Virus record (IMG/VR): IMGVR_UViG_3300025389_001063
DNA length: 64,000 nt
DNA from: a virus
Lineage: Duplodnaviria > Caudoviricetes
Reading direction: 5' to 3' (one strand)
Shown: in pieces, positions 22,401-28,982 of the stretch
Layout: the number at the start of each line of letters is the position of its first letter
Numbering within the stretch: the first letter of the stretch is position 1
The notes under the pieces: model-generated
Told to the model about the DNA's origin: nothing
Databases searched by the model: none
The model's input: the letters and a program-made list of their open reading frames with translations, nothing else
Translations under genes and position numbers: made by a program

Positions 22401-23934
22401 TAACGCAACACAGTTTACAGTATCACAAACTTGGGGTGGTCAAGTTGCTATTCTAACACAAGGTACTGGTGCTGTTACACTTCAACCGTCGACAGCATTA
22501 ATGACGGTAGGTCAACCAATGTTAGTTACAGGAACTGGATATATTTCATTTACTAGTAGCTATACCGTTGCATATAATCCAGCTTTTTATGTTGCTTCGA
22601 TTCCAAGTTCTACAACATTTACATTAGCTTCATCGTTAGCTAATGCGTTAGCAGGCACATCACTTGCAATCTCAACCACAACATATGGTTATATGACTAT
22701 GACTGGATCAACTGCAAACTACTTAACAAATATGTCAAACGTAATTGGTCCATCACAACCAATTGCATTTACTGGAGCACAGATTAACGTAACTATTGTT
22801 AACGGACAGAATCTATATACTCCAAATAGTACAATATTATTAAGTGCTAACCAAGCAGTAGTGTTCACAGGTTATGGTTATACTAGCCAAACAAGTGGTA
22901 CTATACAGCCAGGTACAGTTTACTACATTAAGGCTATCTTAGATAATAATACATTTACTCTAAGTGCAACACCAGGTGGTACTGTAATAACTTGGGTAAC
23001 TGAAACTAATACTTTAACAATGCAAATTGTAAGTAACTTAGGTTCATCATTAATACCTTACTCAACTTACTTTGTATTGGCAACACCAACTCCAAATACA
23101 TTCCAGATTTCAACATCTGCTGCAACTGCAAGTGGTTTAACATTAACAGTACCGTCCGCTGTAACACAAACAGCAGGTAATACTATAGTTAACGTTGCAA
23201 GTAACATTGTTACACTTGCTCAAGCACAGGGTGCAACAAATACATTCTTTGTACCAAACACTCCTGTAACATTTACAGCATATAGTGGTACAACGTTTGG
23301 TGTAGGTGCAACAGCAGGTACAAGTACATTCAACGGTGCTCCAGTTCCAGGTACTCCGTTCATAGTAACAGCAGTTGCTACAAACGGTAACATTACATTG
23401 AACACATCTGCAGCTAGTTTACTAGTAATAGGTCAACCGATAGTGTTTACAAACCCACTATCACCGATTACATCTTCAACTGGTGTATCACCATTCGTGA
23501 CATATTATGTTCTTAGCATTTCAACTACAACAATTACAGTTGCTTCAAGTTGGCCAAGCACTACAGCAGTAACATTCTCCGCTGCTTGGTCTTCACAGTC
23601 AACAGTTGGTGGTTTCTATGCTATACCACATTACTATGTTAAAGCAGTACTTGATAGCAGAAGAATTATGCTATCGGCTACACTAAATGGTTCAACTTGG
23701 CCAATTACAAACGCATCTGGTACTGTTCCAGGTAACTATGCTACTGGTACAAACATTATGACAATCAACTCACTACCGTCATATACTGACTTTATTGAGC
23801 ACGATGTTTCATTATCACCAAACGGTACATTTGAAAGAACAGGTATACTTGTTCCTCCAAATACTTACTTGTATGTTTCAAGTAATCAGCCACAGGTAAC
23901 TGCGGTAGCAATAGGTATCCAAGAATCAGTATAA
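16435..23934 (+). CDS. Giant Thr/Ser-rich virion protein with about 27 ~80-aa beta modules (2499 aa)
   Basis: About 27 occurrences of the core QPxVF..G.L..GTxYYV..I.S.TTFTVS; very few charged residues; termini resemble the 109-114 aa adaptor proteins. Confidence 0.8.
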   Translation: MTTAAKYGAQDLNGNPFNYQQLVPLPSTNPSTTNTVVNTNITNRAAYDARVRVALTNTPIGSQVVSNVHGSQSFVAQQSAASTLVETQQVLTIDTASAITNAFSTASYVVTATTENTNVITVSSTATFTVGQPVVFSASVGNLTAGTVYYILTIPSSTTFTVSPIWNGPVQMLTTSTFPMIVQQTVTNLSVGMPINFHGTTFGYAFYNMNYYVASLPGGSNGTTFTISLFPGGPTLPLISAIGTMSCVPVVTPVANPQTAQYPTAMTSAIALNTTAQSGYYNTLQGITVIASTASTNVLTTASFSITASTAASGTLGFGYLTTSGNAYLLTAGQPIVFNATVTGSALYANITYYVHSVLSSTTFTVSTSYNGNPFSIATNASISGVTMYLSTNYLQTNQQIIFTGTSFGNITPNTPYYISTVPSNNTFTVSTWPGGPVFPLTTTTGTMVASAFVPPTVPQLVFGSSQAGVTLNISATTTGTNLITATSITGLVANQPIVFSASIGGLIANTTYYVVSGFGGTTFQVSATQGGTALSLTSGTGTLTAQALPYFNTFSTTVTATTASTNLITVTNTSNFVPGQPVVFASAVGGLSANTVYYVLNVYSLTQLVVSTTQGGVAFPLITTTGQSVAMSQATTGLATNQPLQFATVTISVTATSSTGNLITCNNTVNLVANQPIVFSGTIGTITGGTVYYVSAVTGGSTTTFTISQTSGGAVYGMSNASGSVTAQQGTFSGLVPGQVYYVYSVPSLTQVVVSSIHGAPTPLTLTTVAAGSMLATFQSVIPTITLGTSTATGTVYPLNNTYTTSTYSISSTTTTNVVIGSAVPLMTGQPVTFFIGGSLANSNGIVAFVSVTATTSGTNVITLASATGLYVGQAIVFGASGGGIITGTVYYITSISGANITVSTTPYGTNLTLTTATVSFTGVPTYYITYYDNPTNSIQISATYGGPIVPLTAGIPGSSTVQHATTNLLAGQPIYVTGTAFGGTTTNTTYYVRTIPSATQFTISTSPFGQISTLTATTGTMPTLIGPRPVITIQSSVSSNQLATQTYAVTATTATTNLITVSNTFALTVGMPVVFSGALGNLVSGMIYYVASIPTATAFSVSPTLGGNTFALATATGSVNVQQATSLLYINQEIQFQGFTYPLSTATSTGITFGTTYFINSIVSTTTFTISTAQNVAGTSATTATVTGGNIILANPIVNNIVDVFAYTTNPVTVTATSSTSPTYYLTCANTVNLAVGQPIIFTGTTLLGGVSANTVYYVNSIASTTQFNISSTYGGPVVALTTGSGTMSVQQATSGYSANQTVILNSPTVTITGTSSSGNLLTCNTTNNLIIGQPIVFGNMAQGTASIGGVVAGTTYYVLSTPSTTTFTVSATPSGSALTLTTTSTQFAGQQGIFGQQYNTNGQNWVVQSTPSLTSLILSRVGSSVTQSGLGLFPLPAVAPLVVTATSGSSPYYITISSTASLTVGQPVIFVGTTFGGLTASVNSLINPTVYYVNAIASSTTFNVYTTTPGTPVVLTGASGNCILVPLSATGIATAYSYNVTPTLAIGATTTSTNILTTQAYSVSLGASGTNLISISTSGGTTAFVLGQPITFAANTGSITGGITYYISSIQSTTTFSISQFFGGPDLIITGSGSTTMNQITSFLQINQPVTFTGTLLGGLTAASNYAVTYYVTNVVSSTTFVVSTQSGGVGTQLSLTTTTATAPSFMMAQVGSYRSLSFNSTNNGTSVLQTESFSVTATAAINGGQMLVTASNTFAMYPGMALSFTGTSIGFLSNNVLYYVVSVYDEKRFIISTAPVGSIGIATNGTTVLQTANGVALTQQTTTGTMSAVQSLARLQQNQAVVFYPTIGGVMIAGLTQGTIYYVNPTFTNPMSGTLSVSTTPGGSAFTFSAVNNTGTTAAMIMVPLSTWTVASNVMITQPMPIYSGTTSSNVFTTGNLTIVTNTSYGTNYITCYSTSALAVGMPVVFGSAIGSLASATTYYVVQIINATQFTVSQTWGGQVAILTQGTGAVTLQPSTALMTVGQPMLVTGTGYISFTSSYTVAYNPAFYVASIPSSTTFTLASSLANALAGTSLAISTTTYGYMTMTGSTANYLTNMSNVIGPSQPIAFTGAQINVTIVNGQNLYTPNSTILLSANQAVVFTGYGYTSQTSGTIQPGTVYYIKAILDNNTFTLSATPGGTVITWVTETNTLTMQIVSNLGSSLIPYSTYFVLATPTPNTFQISTSAATASGLTLTVPSAVTQTAGNTIVNVASNIVTLAQAQGATNTFFVPNTPVTFTAYSGTTFGVGATAGTSTFNGAPVPGTPFIVTAVATNGNITLNTSAASLLVIGQPIVFTNPLSPITSSTGVSPFVTYYVLSISTTTITVASSWPSTTAVTFSAAWSSQSTVGGFYAIPHYYVKAVLDSRRIMLSATLNGSTWPITNASGTVPGNYATGTNIMTINSLPSYTDFIEHDVSLSPNGTFERTGILVPPNTYLYVSSNQPQVTAVAIGIQESV

Positions 23935-23943
23935 TAATTTAGA

Positions 23944-23968
23944 TTGTGGGGGACTAGTTCCCCCACAA
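23944..23968. other. GC-rich 10-bp stem-loop (terminator or processing/stability element)
   Basis: TTGTGGGGGA-ctagt-TCCCCCACAA, intergenic; no U-tract on either strand. Confidence 0.6.
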
Positions 23969-23990
23969 CATTAACATTATAGAGAAAAAG

Positions 23991-24398
23991 ATGAGAAAAC
24001 AACCTAGAATTAGTTCAGCACCGATAATACAATTACCAGCAATACAACAAGGATATTATTATTATCCGTTAGGTGCACCAGGTAATGGTACATATGCTAC
24101 TATTCCTATTAATACTGTAGGAACATTGATTCAGATGACTAACGCTCCTACAGCAAATACTTGGTATTTAGATTTTACTGGTGTTTCACTATCAATTAAC
24201 TTTGCAATAACTATAACTGTTTTAATACCACAAGGTGGCACAGCATATAATCCAACAGTTTTAGTAAACGGTTATACAGTAACAGTAATTGGTAGTGGTG
24301 CTTCAGGAACAACAAGTAGAACTAATGCTTATTATTATACAATTTTATGCACAGGACCTAATCAGTACTCTGTATTTGGTTATGCTCAACCAGTTTAA
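23991..24398 (+). CDS. Virion protein with fibre-tip-type C-terminal domain (135 aa)
   Basis: Paralog of 24420 (MRKQPRIS.APIIQ..AIQQG); C-terminal ITVLIPQGGTAY..YYYTI domain. Confidence 0.7.
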   Translation: MRKQPRISSAPIIQLPAIQQGYYYYPLGAPGNGTYATIPINTVGTLIQMTNAPTANTWYLDFTGVSLSINFAITITVLIPQGGTAYNPTVLVNGYTVTVIGSGASGTTSRTNAYYYTILCTGPNQYSVFGYAQPV

Positions 24399-24419
24399 TA
24401 ACTTATAAGATGGGTAAAA

Positions 24420-25328
24420 ATGAGAAAACAGCCTAGAATCAGTACAGCACCAATAATTCAACAACAAGCAATACAACAAGGAGTTTATTCTCTTAGTCCC
24501 GTTATATCTACAACATCTATAAGTGTTACAAATACAACTGCAACTACTAACCTTATTACAACAGGAGCAGCAGTTTTAGGTTTCGTTAGAGAAGGACAAG
24601 CAATAACATTTGGTTCTGCTATCGGTGGATTGAGTACTAGTATCGTTTATTATGTAATACTTGGATCAATTACTTTAACTACTTTTCAAGTTAGTGCAAC
24701 TCCAGGTGGGCCACCAGTTGTTTTATCAACAGCAGCCGCGGCGGTAACTGCTACAACTTATACATATATCAGTGTTCCTGTTAACAGTCTTGGAACTATT
24801 GTTAATTTAACAACTTCTGTTACAAGCCTTATAGGTCTTTTAGGAACAGTATTTGGTCAATCAACAACATTCGCAACTGTTACACTTACAAATGGTACAA
24901 CTACAGGACTAGTTATTGGACAGGCTATAACAGGAACCGGCGCCGGCGGCAGTTTAGGTAGTAATACTACTATTACAAGTATAACAAGTTCTACAACTTT
25001 TACTATAACAACTAGTGGTGGTAATCCTGCAAACGGAGCAGTTACAAATATACAAACAACTACTCCTCAAATTATTAACGCTCCATCGACTTGGTATTTA
25101 GATATAACAGGAATACCTAATTCTATTAACTATCAAACTACAGTAACGGTATTAATATCACAAGGTGGTACAGTATACAACCCAACATTAATAGTAAACG
25201 GAATCACACCTACTCTTATTGGAACAGGAAACGGTGGAGCAACTAGTAGAATTACGGCTTATTATTATTCGATTATTTGTACTGCTCCTGATCAATATTC
25301 ATATTCTGTAATTACTTTTGCAGTTTAA
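24420..25328 (+). CDS. Paralog of 23991..24398 with two inserted ~80-aa modules (302 aa)
   Basis: Aligns to the 23991 protein at both ends; inserts at about 24504..24758 and 24813..25080. Confidence 0.75.
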   Translation: MRKQPRISTAPIIQQQAIQQGVYSLSPVISTTSISVTNTTATTNLITTGAAVLGFVREGQAITFGSAIGGLSTSIVYYVILGSITLTTFQVSATPGGPPVVLSTAAAAVTATTYTYISVPVNSLGTIVNLTTSVTSLIGLLGTVFGQSTTFATVTLTNGTTTGLVIGQAITGTGAGGSLGSNTTITSITSSTTFTITTSGGNPANGAVTNIQTTTPQIINAPSTWYLDITGIPNSINYQTTVTVLISQGGTVYNPTLIVNGITPTLIGTGNGGATSRITAYYYSIICTAPDQYSYSVITFAV

Positions 25329-25369
25329 TATTCTAAATAAATTACCATCGTTTCTTATTCTATTACCTC

Positions 25370-25377
25370 GATAAATA
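25370..25377 (+). promoter_or_regulatory. T4-late-type promoter motif GATAAATA
   Basis: Intergenic, upstream of SD GAGGA and ATG 25395. Confidence 0.65.
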
Positions 25378-25394
25378 TACGTGAGGAATAATAC

Positions 25395-27392
25395 ATGAGC
25401 AGTCTTAATCTAAACAACCTATTTTTGCAAGGTCCAAGAAATACTATTAAATTACAAAAGGACATATCCTTCAAAAATCCTTGGATTCAAATTTATTCAA
25501 ATACTACAATAGATACTTGGTATGTAGGTGACTTCTCAAGCGCATCATATTTTATTACAGTTGAATATGATTCAAATCACAAAGAATGTATGCATGTTCT
25601 AGTTATTGCTCGACCAGCACAAGCAACTTATTCAATATATGGTAGAACAAGTATTGATAATCAACTAGTTACATTATCTGCTACAGTTTCAAATAGTCAA
25701 TTAACACTATCTGCTACAGCAAATACAGGATATTCTGGAGCAAAATTAAGTTTCTCTGTTTCTTATAATGAAACAATGCAACCCCTATCATATCCTACCA
25801 CAGTAACAAATCTTCCTCCTGGATCAATACCTGTACCCCCAACTAACACAGTTCCTACAACTTTTGGACAAATTGCAGTTTCTGGGCAGTCAACAGTTTA
25901 TGCAACTTCTTCGAGTGACACTCTTGCTTTTGTCGCTGGAACAGGAATTAGTCTTACAACTAATAGTACTTCGAAATCTGTAACAATTACTTCATCATTT
26001 CCATTCTTTCAAAATATTCAAGTTTCAGGACAACCAACTTTAATTCCTGCAACTGCTAGTAGTAGCTTAACTTATTCATCAAGCAACGGTATCTCTCTTA
26101 CAACAAATGCATCAAGTAATACAGTTAATATCGGATTAGGAACATTACCTACACTTTCAGTTTCAGGATCATCAACTTTTACTGGAGCAATTACTGCATC
26201 TAGTTTGATTACAGCAAATACTGGAATCTTAGTTAATAATGGATTAACTGTTAACAATGGCGCAACGTTTAATAACGGAACGACAGTTAATACTTCATTA
26301 GCAGTGAACGGAACTACATTATCAACTGGAACAATAACTTCTAATTCAAATATAACTTCTACAATAGACGTATCAGGACTTAATAATTATGGAGCCTTTA
26401 ATTATGGAAACATAAGATATACTGATGTGAATATATTAGCAAGTTTCACGTCATCTCCTAATAGTTACAATCAAATTATTATAGAAAATAATTCTTCAGG
26501 AACATCTGCAACTGCTAATCTTATTGTAAGCAATAATCAAGGAACTGCTACTACAAACTATGGTAATTTGGGCATTAACAGTAGCGGATGGACTGGAACT
26601 TTAGGAACATCTAGCATTAATGCACCGGGAGTTGTTTATCTTGCATCTGCTTCTAGCGATTTAGTTATAGGAACATTTGTATCAAATAATATTCGATTTG
26701 TTACAAATAGTGGAGCAGATGCTGTAACAATTGATACATCAAATACATTAAATGCTTTACAAGGATTTAAATCATTTAGTACTACTACACTAAGTCCTGC
26801 AAGTGCTAATGTTATTATAAGTCCAACAGGTACTGGTAATGTTACTATAAGTCCATCGGGAACTGGAACAGTTGCTATCAATCCAACTTCAGTAGGTACA
26901 ATTGACAATATGACTTTTGGTTCAATTGTTCCTAGAGGCGGCACTTTCACTACTGTTTCTTTTACAGATAGTATAACAGTAACAAACAATGTTAATACAT
27001 CAAATGTTTATGCAACCGGATTAAGTGATTTAAACAGAACATCTGAAACAGTTTTTGATGTAGCAAGTGGTGCTACAGTTTCATACAACTTCCAATCTGG
27101 ATCAATTTTTTATCATACATCTAATCCTGGACAAGACTGGACGGCATCATTCCTTAATTTACCTACTACTAGTGGTAGAGCTATTTCGATGACTATTGTT
27201 GTTCCTCAAGGATCAACTGCTTATAAAATAACTGGATGTACTATCGAAGGACTTGCTGCTACAATTAAATGGGCAGGAGGATTTACTACTCCTATAGGTA
27301 ATGCTAATAAAACAGATATATGGGCATTTACTCTTATAAGAAGAAGCGGTGGTTGGACAGTTCTTGGATCACAAAATCCAGGATTTGCATAA
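25395..27392 (+). CDS. Tail fibre-like protein (665 aa)
   Basis: Thr/Ser-rich shaft with ISP.GTG.V repeats. The C-terminal domain (MTIVVPQGSTAY..IKWAGG..P...ANKTDIWAFTL) is shared with 43265. Confidence 0.65.
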   Translation: MSSLNLNNLFLQGPRNTIKLQKDISFKNPWIQIYSNTTIDTWYVGDFSSASYFITVEYDSNHKECMHVLVIARPAQATYSIYGRTSIDNQLVTLSATVSNSQLTLSATANTGYSGAKLSFSVSYNETMQPLSYPTTVTNLPPGSIPVPPTNTVPTTFGQIAVSGQSTVYATSSSDTLAFVAGTGISLTTNSTSKSVTITSSFPFFQNIQVSGQPTLIPATASSSLTYSSSNGISLTTNASSNTVNIGLGTLPTLSVSGSSTFTGAITASSLITANTGILVNNGLTVNNGATFNNGTTVNTSLAVNGTTLSTGTITSNSNITSTIDVSGLNNYGAFNYGNIRYTDVNILASFTSSPNSYNQIIIENNSSGTSATANLIVSNNQGTATTNYGNLGINSSGWTGTLGTSSINAPGVVYLASASSDLVIGTFVSNNIRFVTNSGADAVTIDTSNTLNALQGFKSFSTTTLSPASANVIISPTGTGNVTISPSGTGTVAINPTSVGTIDNMTFGSIVPRGGTFTTVSFTDSITVTNNVNTSNVYATGLSDLNRTSETVFDVASGATVSYNFQSGSIFYHTSNPGQDWTASFLNLPTTSGRAISMTIVVPQGSTAYKITGCTIEGLAATIKWAGGFTTPIGNANKTDIWAFTLIRRSGGWTVLGSQNPGFA

Positions 27393-27405
27393 TGGGTATT
27401 ATAAC

Positions 27406-28020
27406 ATGACATTATTATCATCAATGAGAGGCGTAAATCAATTAGGTATTTCTAAAAAACCGTATGTTCTATACGATATTATAACTCTTAATGCTATTAG
27501 TGGAAATATGACTGTTACAGGAAACGGAACTAATACTATAAGTGCATTTAAAACAAGTGGAGCAAACAACTGGGATAATCAAATAAATTCAAACACTCCG
27601 TATACTGCTCCTTGTACAATAGAGTTTACTAAACAAGCAGGTGTTACTGATAATTCACTTTCTTATGCTATGATGGGATGGAATACTGATCCAAATACTG
27701 ATGCAAATTATGGAACTCTAGATTATACTTCATATGCTTATGTACAGACTTCTTATATAGTATATAATAACGGAATTAGTAATAACGTTAGCACAGGTTG
27801 GGATCCCACAAAGAGGTTTTATATTTCCTATGATCTTAGCGGAAATATCAAACACTGGAATGGGTCAACATTACTTTATAGCGCATCATATGGAACAGGA
27901 AATACTGTATATCTTGATAGTAGTTTTTATAGTGTTGACGCTACACAAACATATAGTGGATTTAGTAATATCCGTATTACTAAGGCTGTTTGGAATGGGG
28001 ATGCTTATATATATGCTTGA
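27406..28020 (+). CDS. Putative receptor-binding/lectin-like protein
   Basis: Start moved from 27349 to ATG 27406 to avoid overlap with the upstream gene; aromatic beta-sandwich-like composition. Confidence 0.55.
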   Translation: MTLLSSMRGVNQLGISKKPYVLYDIITLNAISGNMTVTGNGTNTISAFKTSGANNWDNQINSNTPYTAPCTIEFTKQAGVTDNSLSYAMMGWNTDPNTDANYGTLDYTSYAYVQTSYIVYNNGISNNVSTGWDPTKRFYISYDLSGNIKHWNGSTLLYSASYGTGNTVYLDSSFYSVDATQTYSGFSNIRITKAVWNGDAYIYA

Positions 28021-28026
28021 GTAAAG

Positions 28027-28034
28027 CATAAATA
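28027..28034 (+). promoter_or_regulatory. T4-late-type promoter motif CATAAATA
   Basis: Intergenic, upstream of SD GAGGA and ATG 28056. Confidence 0.6.
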
Positions 28035-28055
28035 TAACACTAACCAGAGGAAATC

Positions 28056-28970
28056 ATGTCAGTTAACCAGTTACCACTAAAATCCGAGTATGGATTCATT
28101 TCTCCAGGATTTTCTGTTGATACAAACGGAAACGTTAATATTACAGGACAATTTCAAGTTAACGGTGCTGCAATTACAGCATCAACAACAACTTTACCAA
28201 GCAACATTGTTTTTAGCAGTCTAACACAAACAGGAACATTAACTGCATTAACTGTAAATGGTACAGTATCTACAAGTGGAGGAACTGTAACTCTTAATGC
28301 AAGAACTCAATTAACATTAACATCAACTGGATCAATAACCTTAACTTCTGGAACTAGCGGTATGGTTAATATTACTTCTGGAACTGGAGGTACAGTAGTA
28401 ATTAATTCAAATGCAGCAGGAACTATGGACAATATTGCTATTGGTTCCACTACACCACAAACTGCTACGTTTACAAATGTTACTATTAGTGGAACTTTAA
28501 CAGATAATTCTAGTATTCCTTATTTAAAATCTGTTGCTGCTACTACAGGTACACTAGATAATTATAATATTGGATCAATAACTCCAAAAGCAGGAACATT
28601 TACTTCTTTAACTGTAACATCAAACTTATCTTTATCACCAACATCGGTGGGAACAATTAATAATACAAATATAGGTACCGTAACTGCTGGTACTGGTAAT
28701 TTTAGTACTTTAGCAGCAACTGGTCTTCTTACCTTATCGAATACATCGGCTACACATATAATTAGTTCTACAACTATATCAACTACAATTACCACTGGTG
28801 CATTAGTAATTTCTGGAGGGGTGGGTATCGGTGATTCACTAAATATAGCAAATAATTTAACAATTAATGGAATAGGAATTCAAGCAACTTTACCAACATC
28901 TGCAACACATCTTGTTAATAAAAAGTATGTTGATGCAAAATCAATAGCAGTATCGATTGCACTGTCTTAA
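28056..28970 (+). CDS. Tail fibre-like protein (304 aa)
   Basis: Repeated GT(M/L/I)DN..IG..TP..GTFT shaft motif; ends ATHLVNKKYVDAKSIAVSIALS. Confidence 0.65.
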   Translation: MSVNQLPLKSEYGFISPGFSVDTNGNVNITGQFQVNGAAITASTTTLPSNIVFSSLTQTGTLTALTVNGTVSTSGGTVTLNARTQLTLTSTGSITLTSGTSGMVNITSGTGGTVVINSNAAGTMDNIAIGSTTPQTATFTNVTISGTLTDNSSIPYLKSVAATTGTLDNYNIGSITPKAGTFTSLTVTSNLSLSPTSVGTINNTNIGTVTAGTGNFSTLAATGLLTLSNTSATHIISSTTISTTITTGALVISGGVGIGDSLNIANNLTINGIGIQATLPTSATHLVNKKYVDAKSIAVSIALS

Positions 28971-28982
28971 AAGGAATTAATA

